Source: Myxococcota bacterium (GTDB lineage Bacteria; Myxococcota_A; SURF-8). Taken from it: a stretch of 64,000 bases of DNA. Each line of letters opens with the position of its first letter. The first letter of the stretch is position 1. The stretch covers positions 2,496,001 to 2,560,000 of the forward strand of contig OZ223209.1 of NCBI GenBank assembly GCA_965140415.1, written 5' to 3'. The notes under the pieces were generated by a model. That model was not told where the DNA came from. It saw only the letters and a program-made list of their open reading frames with translations, and did not search any database. Below, one piece after another: positions 1 through 10,282 of the stretch. Position numbers and translations under genes: made by a program.

Positions 1-122
1 ATGTGTGTAGATGTGGTTGGATGTGGATCGGCGAAGGCCTGCGTTGGTGCATAGGCTCCTGCCATGCTCCATCGGAAGCATTTACGAGAATACGGAACAG
101 CTACAAAATGCAGGATAAACGG

Positions 123-151
123 TTGACTTCCACAACCAGGCTGACTAGTCT
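123..151 (+). promoter_or_regulatory. Putative sigma70 promoter for the 202..1083 gene
   Basis: TTGACT-N17-TAGTCT about 50 nt upstream of the ATG. Confidence 0.45.
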
Positions 152-201
152 TCCGGCAGACAGAAATTCAATGTGAATGCGGTTACAGGAAAGGCGTTAT
201 C

Positions 202-1083
202 ATGGATCGAGAGTGGGAGAAGGTTCGCAGTTTTCATAAGGTGTTCGGTCATCCAATCGGTAAAAAACCTCAAATGCTGTCACCGGATCGCATCGGTCCG
301 CGTTGCGACTGGATGCGCGAGGAAATCGAAGAATTCATCGAGGCCGAAGATATACCGCATCAGGCCGATGCCATGATCGATCTGATCTATTTTGCGCTGG
401 GAACTTTGGTGGAAATGGGAGTCAAGCCGGATTCGCTTTTCGATATCGTCCAGGGCGCGAACATGAAAAAAATTTGGGCGGATGGGCGAGTGAAGCACCG
501 CGAAGATGGCAAAGTCATCAAGCCGCCGGAATGGGTGGACCCGCATGAACAACTGGTCGCGGAAATAAAGCGCAAAGTCACCCGCGCGGCCAATCGAAGT
601 TTCACGCAGCACGACTATCGTATGGTTGTGGCAAAGCCGGGAAAGACTCTTGCTGCTGTAATGGAAAGCCTACTACTTGCCACGAACGTTGACGACGATA
701 ACGCGACTGAAATCGTGAATCGCATATCTGAAATGCAAATTGATCCGGGTTCCGTTCAAACGTTATTTAAAACGAATGCCATTCCATATACTGTCCAAAA
801 AATGACTGTGAACGAGCTTGGACAATCCGATTTGGAAGCCCAACTAAAATCCGGTTTGGAGCAGGGAGAACACTTTCTGTTGATCGTCGATGGCGTGGCC
901 TGTTTCGGACATGCGGAATCCGAGCGCAAGCATGCATGCCTGATTGAAGGTGTGGAACCGCAAGGCGTGGTTTATTTGTTAGATCCGGGACCGGGAGAAT
1001 TCGGTCTGCTTGAAATGGAATGCAGCCTTCTCTTCAATAAGTTGAAAGAAGAGAAGGCGGAATTGTGGCGCGTGTTTCAGTAA
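202..1083 (+). CDS. MazG-like / all-alpha NTP pyrophosphohydrolase (PRA-PH/DR2231-like) with a C-terminal papain/C39-like domain
   Basis: V..FH..FG start, EEIEEF...DAMIDLIYF acidic metal motif and ANM.K...DGKVIKP; the extra C-terminal half carries HACLIEG...VYLLDP. Confidence 0.7.
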   Translation: MDREWEKVRSFHKVFGHPIGKKPQMLSPDRIGPRCDWMREEIEEFIEAEDIPHQADAMIDLIYFALGTLVEMGVKPDSLFDIVQGANMKKIWADGRVKHREDGKVIKPPEWVDPHEQLVAEIKRKVTRAANRSFTQHDYRMVVAKPGKTLAAVMESLLLATNVDDDNATEIVNRISEMQIDPGSVQTLFKTNAIPYTVQKMTVNELGQSDLEAQLKSGLEQGEHFLLIVDGVACFGHAESERKHACLIEGVEPQGVVYLLDPGPGEFGLLEMECSLLFNKLKEEKAELWRVFQ

Positions 1084-1096
1084 CTCGTAGTCCTGA

Positions 1097-3055
1097 TTAC
1101 TTTTCGTCGCCAATCGGCATAACCGGCAATTCAATTGAACTGGGGCGGTTGCTATCGCGATAGAGCGTCCAGTTCGGTTCGACTTCCGGCACCAGTTCGA
1201 AATGATCTCGATCCGCTCCTGCCAAAGCGATACGGATCTGGTGACCTTTCTGGAACCGATAGGAAACCGGGTACAGATCGAATACGATTTCTTCTTCCTG
1301 CCCAGGAATCATGGGGGAGGCATCGGCGCGTTTGAATGTGCGATAGGGAATCGGTGTTTTATAGGGCGGCGGCTCGCTGGACAGTTTCCGGCTGCGCAAC
1401 CTCAACAAGCCTTCGGAGACGTATTCGACGTGGCCATTGGGAAGAACGTCTTCGAGATAGGCGAAGACGGCACCGTCGGTTTGATCGATGGCCATATACA
1501 GGCGGATAACCGGATGACCGGTGACTTCCATAGGTTCGCTTAATGGGGCGCTGTCATAGGTCAACAGTTTGTGATCCTTGATGCGGCGGTGACGATACTG
1601 GATGCGTTTGTGATCCAGGTTGACAAGCGATACCCAGCGAGAGCGCTTTCCCGTACCGGTTTTGAATGAAACCTTGTATGCATCGGAGGCTTGTTCGGCC
1701 TGCGGCTGTTCGTTCTGGAGCGAATTGTTCTCCGAAAGGTAAAAGCGCACCGGGTGAGTTCCCGATGGCGGCCAGGTATCACTGGATTTCCAGCGCTCCT
1801 CGCCCAGGGTGTAATAGTGAACCGGTTTTTCATTGTTAATGCCGGTATCGATTCCCTTAAGATAATAACCGAAGAAGCGCCGGGATTCGCTGGTCGTATC
1901 GAATTTCGGTTTTCGTTCCATCGACCAGGCGCTGATATGATTGTAGGCACCGTGATCCCAGGGACCGATGGTCAGCTTTTTGTTCGGGTGATTCAGATTC
2001 ATGAACAGGTGGATTTCAGATAGCAAAAAGGCGGAATCATACCAACCGGTGTAGAGATAAGGAACGACACCGGCCTTATTGATTCCCTGATAGTGCGTGT
2101 GGGGGCTGCGAGAGCCGACGTACAATCCCTTTCGGCTGGCGGATTCATCGTCGCGAAACTCGATGCCGGAGACCATGTCTCGGATCGTGCCGTTGCCTTC
2201 ATGTTCCTTGACCGCCTGGCGTAACAGGGTCATGTCTTTATCGGCATCGACCGGTTTGCTGCCATACACCGCCATTTTAGCTTTGTCGCCAACGAACTCC
2301 CAGGGCTGGTTGCTGTCTAAAGCTTCGGACAGATCGCTCCAGGTGTTCAATAACCAGGTGCATTTCAATCCACCGGGGAAAATTACTTCCGAATAGGTGT
2401 CGAACATTGCGAAGCGTGGCATGATGGCTTTCAACGCCGGATTGCCGACGGATGCCAGCATCAAGGCGTTGCCGCCCGTATAGGAACTGCCCCATGCTCC
2501 AACCTGCCCGTTAGACCAGGATTGCTTGGTAATCCAGGTTACGATCTCGTTGGCGTCGGCGACTTCTTCTTCGGAATACGGATAGGCGCGCGTGCCGAAA
2601 CTGGCTCCGCTGCCACGGGCGTCTACATACACCCAGGCGTAACCGTGGCGGTTAAAATGCTCGATCGTGGTTTTAAAGCGATTGCCCAGAACCCGGTCGA
2701 AGGGCTTTTTGTAATCCATCGTGCGGACGTAGCGAGTCTGGATGAAGATCGTTGGCAGCTTATCCTTTTGTGTAAGTCCCTTTGGAAGATACAGATCGAT
2801 AGCCAATCGGGTTCCATCGCGCATCGTGAGGTAGCGTGAAGTACGAACGCTGCCATCAAAGGCGGGTGTTTCGTTGTACCAGGATAATTCCTGCTTGGGC
2901 GTTTCCCGCCACCAGGCCGTATCGTCACGTTCATTCAGATGAGTGATACAGCCAAAAGCAAGTAGAAGAATCACGGTGGTGATGATGACACGGGAGGGAA
3001 TGTACGTTAAAAGAGTCTGCGTCATAAGTTTTTTTCCGCCTGTTTGTCGTTTCAT
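1097..3055 (-). CDS. CocE/NonD family serine hydrolase, probably membrane-anchored or a lipoprotein
   Basis: MRDGTRLAIDLYLP, VDARGSGASFG, nucleophile GSSYTG, IGPWDH and a C-terminal PepX_C-like region; start could be 3025. Confidence 0.85.
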   Translation of the reverse strand: MKRQTGGKKLMTQTLLTYIPSRVIITTVILLLAFGCITHLNERDDTAWWRETPKQELSWYNETPAFDGSVRTSRYLTMRDGTRLAIDLYLPKGLTQKDKLPTIFIQTRYVRTMDYKKPFDRVLGNRFKTTIEHFNRHGYAWVYVDARGSGASFGTRAYPYSEEEVADANEIVTWITKQSWSNGQVGAWGSSYTGGNALMLASVGNPALKAIMPRFAMFDTYSEVIFPGGLKCTWLLNTWSDLSEALDSNQPWEFVGDKAKMAVYGSKPVDADKDMTLLRQAVKEHEGNGTIRDMVSGIEFRDDESASRKGLYVGSRSPHTHYQGINKAGVVPYLYTGWYDSAFLLSEIHLFMNLNHPNKKLTIGPWDHGAYNHISAWSMERKPKFDTTSESRRFFGYYLKGIDTGINNEKPVHYYTLGEERWKSSDTWPPSGTHPVRFYLSENNSLQNEQPQAEQASDAYKVSFKTGTGKRSRWVSLVNLDHKRIQYRHRRIKDHKLLTYDSAPLSEPMEVTGHPVIRLYMAIDQTDGAVFAYLEDVLPNGHVEYVSEGLLRLRSRKLSSEPPPYKTPIPYRTFKRADASPMIPGQEEEIVFDLYPVSYRFQKGHQIRIALAGADRDHFELVPEVEPNWTLYRDSNRPSSIELPVMPIGDEK

Positions 3056-3061
3056 CGTTTA

Positions 3062-4363
3062 TTACTCCGCAACCAATGAGACTTTTTCCACTTTATTCAG
3101 ATCCGAAACGTAGAAGTAGGAGCCGACGAAGAACAGGACGCTGCTGACAAGCGCAAAGAGCGGAAGAATGCTCAATGCGGTCGGCAGTCCCCACGCATCG
3201 GAAGCGGCACCTGTGAAAATAGGACCGAGAGAACTACCCAGCAGATGCTGGATGATTACGCACAGGCTGTAACTCATTGCCCGCAATCCGGGATGAACCA
3301 CATCTTGTGTAACGGCGGCGGCGGCGGGAACGAAAGCGACGGCAAAGCATCCGCCTAAGAGCAAGACCGCATATTGGGCCGCGCCTTCAAATTGCGTGAA
3401 AGCCAAAAAGAGCGTGATACCGGCGCACAGGGAAGTCACGGAACTGAGCAGCAGCCGTGCATTGGGCCGTGACTTCTGCCAGCGGTCGGCCAGGTAGCCG
3501 CCCAAGGGTGCGCCGATAATGGCCATGGCCATCACCGCGCCGCCTTTCAAGCCTGCTTTGGACATATCGATGCCGTCCACGCGATGGAAGAAGGTGGGCA
3601 GCCAACTCATCAGCGAGCAGGTGACGAAAGTGTTTCCTGCAAAGCCGAGGAAGGTCAGAAGCAGTGAAGGTGTTTTGATGAAGCGAAGAGCGATATCCTT
3701 GGCCTTCATTTTTACTTGAACGCCGGGTTCGCCTTCGTCGTTTTCAACGGTGGTAACCAGTTCAACGGTTTTGTAATCGCGAACGCGGAAAAACAACAAT
3801 GCGATGATGAATCCTGGTAAGGCGACCAGTCCAAAGGCATAGCGCCAGCCGAAGGTTTCGGCAATCACACCACCGATTACGATTCCCAGCGCGCTTCCCA
3901 ATGGAATCGAAGCATTCCAGAAACCCATGATCGCTGCACGCTTTTCCTGCGGGAACAGGGCGCTGATCATTGCCGTTCCACCGGGAGAGTATCCTGCTTC
4001 GCCGATGCCGATCGCTGTTTTTGCAGCAAACAACTGACCGAAGTTTCTTGTAAAAGCCGCACTTAAGGTGGCCAGACTCCAAAGCAGCGACATAATGCCG
4101 ATGCCTTTACGTCGGCTCCAACGGTCGATCAAGATGGAAACCGGGAAGGTGAAAACCAGAATCGACCAATAGACGGCGGAAACCAGCATGCCACACTGCG
4201 TATCCGTCAATCCCCAATCCGTTTTCAGGAAGGGAAAGAGAGAAACGACTACGTAACGATCTGCATAATCCAGTGTGTAGAGGAGAAACAACAGGGTGAA
4301 GACGTAGTAGGAATATGCCTTACTGGCGGAATAACCGGGACTGGACTGCTGCTCCGGGCTCAT
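3062..4363 (-). CDS. MFS transporter (spinster-like)
   Basis: About 12 TM segments, DYADR, motif A-like IDRWSRR and GYLADRW. Confidence 0.9.
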   Translation of the reverse strand: MSPEQQSSPGYSASKAYSYYVFTLLFLLYTLDYADRYVVVSLFPFLKTDWGLTDTQCGMLVSAVYWSILVFTFPVSILIDRWSRRKGIGIMSLLWSLATLSAAFTRNFGQLFAAKTAIGIGEAGYSPGGTAMISALFPQEKRAAIMGFWNASIPLGSALGIVIGGVIAETFGWRYAFGLVALPGFIIALLFFRVRDYKTVELVTTVENDEGEPGVQVKMKAKDIALRFIKTPSLLLTFLGFAGNTFVTCSLMSWLPTFFHRVDGIDMSKAGLKGGAVMAMAIIGAPLGGYLADRWQKSRPNARLLLSSVTSLCAGITLFLAFTQFEGAAQYAVLLLGGCFAVAFVPAAAAVTQDVVHPGLRAMSYSLCVIIQHLLGSSLGPIFTGAASDAWGLPTALSILPLFALVSSVLFFVGSYFYVSDLNKVEKVSLVAE

Positions 4364-4386
4364 ACTGTTCCCCTTGAGTATAAAAG

Positions 4387-4418
4387 AAAAGCAGCCGCCA
4401 AGGTTGGCGGCTGCTTTT
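4387..4418 (-). terminator. Intrinsic terminator-like hairpin between the ThDP enzyme and MFS genes
   Basis: AAAAGCAGCCGCCAA-GG-TTGGCGGCTGCTTTT perfect inverted repeat with T tracts. Confidence 0.75.
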
Positions 4419-4430
4419 GAATGTAGAGAC

Positions 4431-6125
4431 TTATTTTCCGTAAGCGCCGATGTTGGCCAGTGCCATGCTTCCAGGGCTTACCGTGGTCGGATCGGTCATT
4501 ACGTTGACGATGCAGGGCAGGCCGCTGGCGAAGGCTTCTTCCAAAGCCGGGCGGATGTCCGCAGGTTTGTCCACGTAAAAGCCTTTGCCGCCCAATGCTT
4601 CGATGGTCTTGTGATACGGAACTTCGCCGATCCAGGTGCCGTCGGGAATGGCGTGACCCATGCGCAGTTCCTGGCTGTGGCGAATCATGCCCCAACCCAA
4701 ATCGTTACTGATAACCACGACGATGGGAAGCTTTTTGCGTAGCGCGGTTTCAAGCTCCATGAAGTTGAAGCCGATGGAACCGTCACCGATCTCCAGCAGT
4801 ACACGACTGTCCGGGTATTGCAATTTGGCGGCATTGGCGAAGGGCAGACCCACGCCCAGGCAGCCGTACAAGCCGGAATCCATGTAATGACCGGAAGTGC
4901 GGATCGTGCGAGTCATGCCCATCCAGCACTGCGTATCGCCACCGTCGGCCACCACCACATCGTCGGGGCGGTCCATGAAATCGTTGATTTCTTTGGCAAG
5001 GCGCAACGGATGAATCGGCACGTTGTCGCTTTCCCAATTGTGTTTTTCCATGGTTTTGGCCATGTCGTGGTTTTCACGCATCATCGCAACCCACGGTTCG
5101 AACTTGCCCTTCAGGGTCGCGGAGAGATCCTGCTCGTCCACAATGCGGTTCAACTCTTTCATCAGTGACTTGATGTCGCTGCAAATCGGTAGATCGACTT
5201 TACGGTTACGACCGAGTTCGGCAGCATCGATATCGACCTGGATCAGTTTCGTTGTGGGCTGAATCAGGTTACCGAACATGTAATACAAGCTGATGCGGTT
5301 GCCGAGGAAGATGATGGCATCGCTCATCGTTTGGGCGAACAGGGTGCCACCGGGGCGAATACCGATGGAGGATTCGAAGCACAGCGGGTGCTCATCGGAA
5401 AGAATGCCACGGGCCATCGAGGAGGTGAACACCGGAATGTTCGTTTTCTCGACGAATTCGGTCAGTTCTTTTTCTGCATCCGCATACCAGGCACCGTTTC
5501 CGGCGATGATCGTCGGTTGGTTGCAGCCTTTGAGCAGTTCGATCAATTTCGCAGCGCCGTCAAGATCCACCGGCTTGGAATCCGGGATCGTACTGGGGAC
5601 GGGACCGTCGATTTCGTCGACTTCGGCGTTCAAGATGTCGACCGGAAGTTCCAAGTACACCGGACCGGGGCGACCGGCGATGGCCGTACGGTAGGCCATA
5701 TCGATGAACTCAGGGATACGGCTGGGGGTATGGCACACATACGCTTTTTTCACCATCGGTTCGATAATGGGTGCCTGACGCATGTCCTGAAGGTCCAGTT
5801 TTTCGCAGGCGGTGACACCGACACAGCCGGAGATCAGCAGCAAGGGCGAATTGGCCTGAAAGGCGTTTGCAACCGAAGTCAGCGCATTGGTGAATCCGGG
5901 ACCGGCAGTGACCATCGCGACGCCGGGTTTGCGATTAAGGCGACCATAGGCTTCCGCCATAAATACGGCGGCCTGCTCGTGGCGTGTATCGAACAGCCGA
6001 ATAGGCGTGTCTTCAAGATACTGGTAAATCGGTGTGATGTGACCGCCGCTCAAAGTAAAGATGACGTCAATGCCTTTTTCGATCAAGGCTTTTGCTGCTA
6101 AAGCGGCTCCGATAGTTTTTCCCAT
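4431..6125 (-). CDS. Thiamine diphosphate-dependent enzyme (acetolactate synthase-like / 2-hydroxyacyl-CoA lyase-like)
   Basis: TLSGGH, RHEQ catalytic Glu, AGPGFTN, RPGPVYLE and the ThDP motif GDGS...NDLGWG. Confidence 0.9.
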   Translation of the reverse strand: MGKTIGAALAAKALIEKGIDVIFTLSGGHITPIYQYLEDTPIRLFDTRHEQAAVFMAEAYGRLNRKPGVAMVTAGPGFTNALTSVANAFQANSPLLLISGCVGVTACEKLDLQDMRQAPIIEPMVKKAYVCHTPSRIPEFIDMAYRTAIAGRPGPVYLELPVDILNAEVDEIDGPVPSTIPDSKPVDLDGAAKLIELLKGCNQPTIIAGNGAWYADAEKELTEFVEKTNIPVFTSSMARGILSDEHPLCFESSIGIRPGGTLFAQTMSDAIIFLGNRISLYYMFGNLIQPTTKLIQVDIDAAELGRNRKVDLPICSDIKSLMKELNRIVDEQDLSATLKGKFEPWVAMMRENHDMAKTMEKHNWESDNVPIHPLRLAKEINDFMDRPDDVVVADGGDTQCWMGMTRTIRTSGHYMDSGLYGCLGVGLPFANAAKLQYPDSRVLLEIGDGSIGFNFMELETALRKKLPIVVVISNDLGWGMIRHSQELRMGHAIPDGTWIGEVPYHKTIEALGGKGFYVDKPADIRPALEEAFASGLPCIVNVMTDPTTVSPGSMALANIGAYGK

Positions 6126-6150
6126 AATAACCTCCGTAAGAATTTAAGAA

Positions 6151-6984
6151 TCACAGTTCCATTATTTGTCCGCCGGTCACGTTGATCGCCTGACCGGTAA
6201 TATACGAGGATGCATCCGACGCTAAGAACGCAACCAGGCTGCCGACTTCTGCCGGTTTGCCGATGCGGTTCAAGGGGATGGTTTTACACATTTCGGCCTC
6301 GCGTTCCTCAACGGTGCCGCCCAGTACTTCCGCTTCCAGACCGAAACGCCATTTTTCCAGATCGGTGGCGATTTGTCCGGGGCAGATCGCATTGACACGA
6401 ATGCCGGTTTGACCCAGTTCCATTGCCAAAACTTTGGTCAACATGTTGACGCCTGCTTTAGCGACAGCGTATGCACCATTGTAAGCTGCCGGAGTTTTTC
6501 CGGCGCGGGAAGAGGTGTTGATGATCGATGCGTTTTGACCGAACATCATTGGCAGCAGGGCGCGAGTGACGCGAAACACACTGTGCAGGTTGACGTCAAT
6601 CGTGCGCATCCAGGCGGCTTCGTCGTACATGGCCACCATGTTTGGAACTCCGAAAGAAGCACCGGCGTTGTTACAGAGAATCTGGACGCTGCCGAATTTC
6701 TCTTGAATGGTCTGGGCCATTTTGGCGATCATGTCGGAATCTTGAACGTCCAAAGGAACGGCAAGTGCTTCAACGCCATATTTTTCTTTAAGTTCCTGCG
6801 CAATGCTTTCCGATTCTTCCATCGATCCGGTATCCACCGGCAGATCGCTTTGTTTCGCAGGAAGATCCGCGATAACGATATTTGCTCCGTAAGAGGCCAG
6901 TTTCTCAGCAATGGCAAATCCGATACCGGTGCGTTTTCCCGCACCTGTCACCACTGCACATTTACCTTTCAAGTCGCTGTACAT
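6151..6984 (-). CDS. SDR family oxidoreductase (FabG-like)
   Basis: TGAGKRTGIG, NNAG, YAVAK, IRVNAICPG; ATG at 6984 follows the RBS GAAAGGAG. Confidence 0.9.
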   Translation of the reverse strand: MYSDLKGKCAVVTGAGKRTGIGFAIAEKLASYGANIVIADLPAKQSDLPVDTGSMEESESIAQELKEKYGVEALAVPLDVQDSDMIAKMAQTIQEKFGSVQILCNNAGASFGVPNMVAMYDEAAWMRTIDVNLHSVFRVTRALLPMMFGQNASIINTSSRAGKTPAAYNGAYAVAKAGVNMLTKVLAMELGQTGIRVNAICPGQIATDLEKWRFGLEAEVLGGTVEEREAEMCKTIPLNRIGKPAEVGSLVAFLASDASSYITGQAINVTGGQIMEL

Positions 6985-7387
6985 GAACTTCTCCTTTCGA
7001 CTAACGAGATCGCGATTGCAAACTTGGCGATGATTGATTGTTTCGCTTGCTGATTTAACTGACACTGCCGTCTTGTTTATAGTTAATCAGGGAGGGGTAA
7101 GGCAAGTATATTTTGCATTTATAGAAAAAAACGAACTTTTTAACAATTCTGTCGTAGCAGAATAAACCGCAGCGAGATGAATCTTAACTTATGTCCACTT
7201 CAAATCGTAATTGGAATCCGATCCGGTTCAAGGTGCGAATCTCCATTTTTTTTCAATCGGTTGATTTTTCCAGTAACAAGCGTAGAATGAGTTTGCAACA
7301 TCGAATCGACATAGTTGTGCATATCGAACAAAATTAGGAAATATTCAAACTCAGGCAATTCGCGCATATAGCGGGAGGAGGCAGAGA

Positions 7388-8692
7388 ATGTCGGAACAGC
7401 GCCAGTCCTGGTCGGAACTGTGGAAAAAGGAAGATTGGTGGGCGATTTGGTTTGCCGCGTTGTTACTGTTTGGAATTGGGATCGGTGGAATCGTTGCCGT
7501 TCCCAAAGTCGGTAAATGGGTGGATAACCCATTGACCGCTTTCCCTTCGGATTTGATTCTGCCGCTGATTCTCTTGTTTCTTGGTTTGGGAGTGCTCACC
7601 ACCATCGGCATGGCGGTGATGAAGGAAGATTGGAAACGGTACATACCGGGCTTTGCAATTATCTTCCTGATTGCCGTGTTCTCCAACTTCATGGCGCATC
7701 AGGCTTCGATGAAAGCCTGGGGTGTCGGATACGCGATCTGGGCGCTGTTTTTCGGCCTACTGATTTCAAACACCATTGGAACGCCAAAATGGTTGTTGAA
7801 AGGCGCGAAATCCGAAATGTTCATCAAGACAGGTCTGGTGCTGCTCGGTGCGGAAATTCTTTTCGGTAAAATTCTCAAACTCGGTGGACCGGGTCTGGTC
7901 GTTGCCTGGATTGTGACTCCAACCGTCATCATTTTCATGTGGTATTTCGGTACGCGGTTTTTAAAGATTACCAGCAAGCCTCTGGTAATCATTATTGCTG
8001 CTGCTACGTCGGTGTGTGGCGTTTCGGCGGCTATTGCAACCGCCGCTGCCAGTCGTGCGAAAAAAGAGGAACTCACATTGGCCGTGGGTATGACAATGAT
8101 TTTCACGGTAATCATGATGATCGGCATGCCTGCCTTGGCCAAGGTGATGGGTATTTCTCCTCAAGTAGGTGGTGCATGGCTAGGTGGGACCATCGATTCA
8201 ACCGGTGCGGTTGTGGCAAGTGGTGCGCTGCTTGGACCGGATGCGGAAAAAGTGGCGGCGGTGGTCAAAATGATTCAGAACGTCTTGATCGGATTCGTCG
8301 GGTTTTTGGTAGCGGTTGCCTGGGTGACCAAGATCGATCGAGATCCCAATGCGCCGAGACCCAGCCTGATGGAGATCTGGTATCGTTTTCCCAAATTCAT
8401 TCTTGGTTTCGTGATGGCATCGCTGGTTTTCAGTTTCATTCTGATGCCGACGATCGGTGATACGGCAACTGCCGAGATTCTCAATCTTTCCAAGGTGTTT
8501 CGTGGTTGGTTTTTCTGCCTGGCTTTCGTAAGCATCGGGTTGGAGTCGAACTTTAGAGATCTTGCCAGTCAGATGGTTGGAGGCAAACCGATTGTTCTGT
8601 ATATCATCGGTCAATCCTTCAATATTATTTTGACCCTGTTTGCAGCCTGGTTGGCCTTTGGTGGGGTTCTGTTCGATAAGATCATCCTGTAA
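7388..8692 (+). CDS. YeiH / putative sulfate exporter family membrane protein
   Basis: Polytopic; SVCGVSAAIA, GGTIDSTGAV, FPKFILGF; RBS GGAGG. Confidence 0.85.
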   Translation: MSEQRQSWSELWKKEDWWAIWFAALLLFGIGIGGIVAVPKVGKWVDNPLTAFPSDLILPLILLFLGLGVLTTIGMAVMKEDWKRYIPGFAIIFLIAVFSNFMAHQASMKAWGVGYAIWALFFGLLISNTIGTPKWLLKGAKSEMFIKTGLVLLGAEILFGKILKLGGPGLVVAWIVTPTVIIFMWYFGTRFLKITSKPLVIIIAAATSVCGVSAAIATAAASRAKKEELTLAVGMTMIFTVIMMIGMPALAKVMGISPQVGGAWLGGTIDSTGAVVASGALLGPDAEKVAAVVKMIQNVLIGFVGFLVAVAWVTKIDRDPNAPRPSLMEIWYRFPKFILGFVMASLVFSFILMPTIGDTATAEILNLSKVFRGWFFCLAFVSIGLESNFRDLASQMVGGKPIVLYIIGQSFNIILTLFAAWLAFGGVLFDKIIL

Positions 8693-8956
8693 GTGAGTGT
8701 GCAGATGACTACGACACTTCGGAATTGGTTGTGGTTCGGTGGAATTCTCGTACTGGTTTTCGGGCTGGTGGCGGGAGCGCACCGTTATAGTGCGGGCTTG
8801 CCTGGGATTGCCGGAGAAACCTACCGACAAAATATCGAGCAGAACATCGAAGCGACAGCGCTGATTTATACGGAATCAGGCAATGTTCGTGACTATCTGG
8901 ACCGGGAACATGGGAAATATGGTTTCGAAATCGATATGAGCGGGCATTTGAAATAG
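8693..8956 (+). CDS. Small single-TM hypothetical protein abutting the YeiH gene
   Basis: GTG immediately after the YeiH TAA; one hydrophobic helix followed by an IEATALIYTE segment. Confidence 0.6.
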   Translation: MSVQMTTTLRNWLWFGGILVLVFGLVAGAHRYSAGLPGIAGETYRQNIEQNIEATALIYTESGNVRDYLDREHGKYGFEIDMSGHLK

Positions 8957-8959
8957 GAT

Positions 8960-10282
8960 TCAGGGGCGGTTGCTCTCGGAACTGGCGCTTTGCTGGCATA
9001 AGCGTTGATCGTTTCGCTGAATGACGCGCACGATGGTTTTTAGAAATTTCTCCTGCTCCGGGCGTATGATATCGCCATCGAAACAGATGGCATAGCGTTC
9101 GCTGGTGGCGTATGCCTGGCTCTGGTTGGGCTCTACGAGCACTAATCCCAATGAATTGCCATTGTGATGCTTGAAGTGGACTCTGATCGTCTTGGAAACG
9201 GTTTCGATACTTTCCAGCAACCAGCCGCCGATCGGTTTCGTTTCGTTGAAGGGGGCGATCAGATTCCGAACGTCATCGTCCGACAGCATGGTTTCCGTTG
9301 AATTCCGACTCAGAAAGTCGTCCCACTGTTCCGCTGTTACCGGTTGAAACTCATCCCAACCAAAATGTGTGATATAGCGAGACTGAACACCGGGGCAATA
9401 ATCCTTCAGTACGCAATCATTGCAGGCTTTTCGCTTGGTCATGCTGCCGTCGCCAAAATTCCAGACAGAGCGCCGGTTCTTGTTCATCAAATGCAGGGTT
9501 TCATGCTGGCCGAACAATTTGGTGGGCATCTGTAGCGAAATGCAAAGCGGAATATGCAGGATCTGAATCGGCATGGCCAGCGTTCGTGGCGACCAATTCG
9601 CAACGTTATCGACCAGGGAAGAAAAGGATTCCACCATTTCTTTTAATGTTGCTTCGTTCTGTTCCGGAATTCGATAGTAGAGCAGGGTGATGCTATCCGG
9701 TAGATACGAGTTGAAGAACGCCAGTATTTCTTCAAGGTAGGGAGCATTTTGCTTGAGAATCACGCAGTGCAGATCGAAACGCAGATTGCGCCCCTGTGAA
9801 ATGACGTCCCGAATGTTACCCAGCGCTTTGTGAACCAGGGCGAAACTGCCGGAATGACCGGCGAGCACATCGTGAATTTCCGGGCGGTCCCCGTGAATGC
9901 TGATTTCCAGATAATTCAATCCGGCATCCAGCAGGCGGTTCAAGTACTGCATGCTGGAAAACATGTTGCCGTTACTGCCGACACTGATGCGTTTGAAGCC
10001 CATCTCGTATGCGGTTTGGATAAACAGGGGAAGCTTGGAGTTGGTTGTCGGTTCGTGACCGCCAAAGCGCAGCCAGGCATCCAATGGCACGGTGTCCAGA
10101 TAGCGTTTTAGCTGATCGCTGTTCTGAATGGCGAACGATTTCGCATCCTGACCGATCCCTTCCAGGCGATCCACACAGAAGATGCAACGATTGTTGCAGC
10201 CGATGCCGACGGAAAGTTCATAAACTTTCGTGCGGGCGTTTTCGTCGAGATCGACGGGGGATCGCATGGGCTTGTCGGACAC
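8960..10282 (-). CDS. Radical SAM protein (HxsC-like C-terminal Cys motif) with an extra C-terminal domain
   Basis: CNNRCIFC, GGHEP, IPLC, CNDCVLKDYCPG; start uncertain (GTG 10282 with GGAG, ATG 10267 or TTG 10372). Confidence 0.85.
   Translation of the reverse strand: MSDKPMRSPVDLDENARTKVYELSVGIGCNNRCIFCVDRLEGIGQDAKSFAIQNSDQLKRYLDTVPLDAWLRFGGHEPTTNSKLPLFIQTAYEMGFKRISVGSNGNMFSSMQYLNRLLDAGLNYLEISIHGDRPEIHDVLAGHSGSFALVHKALGNIRDVISQGRNLRFDLHCVILKQNAPYLEEILAFFNSYLPDSITLLYYRIPEQNEATLKEMVESFSSLVDNVANWSPRTLAMPIQILHIPLCISLQMPTKLFGQHETLHLMNKNRRSVWNFGDGSMTKRKACNDCVLKDYCPGVQSRYITHFGWDEFQPVTAEQWDDFLSRNSTETMLSDDDVRNLIAPFNETKPIGGWLLESIETVSKTIRVHFKHHNGNSLGLVLVEPNQSQAYATSERYAICFDGDIIRPEQEKFLKTIVRVIQRNDQRLCQQSASSESNRP

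Noticed and set aside
1-75. Possible start of a minus-strand gene running off the window edge
   Set aside because: Several ATGs occur in different frames and the stretch is too short to assign.
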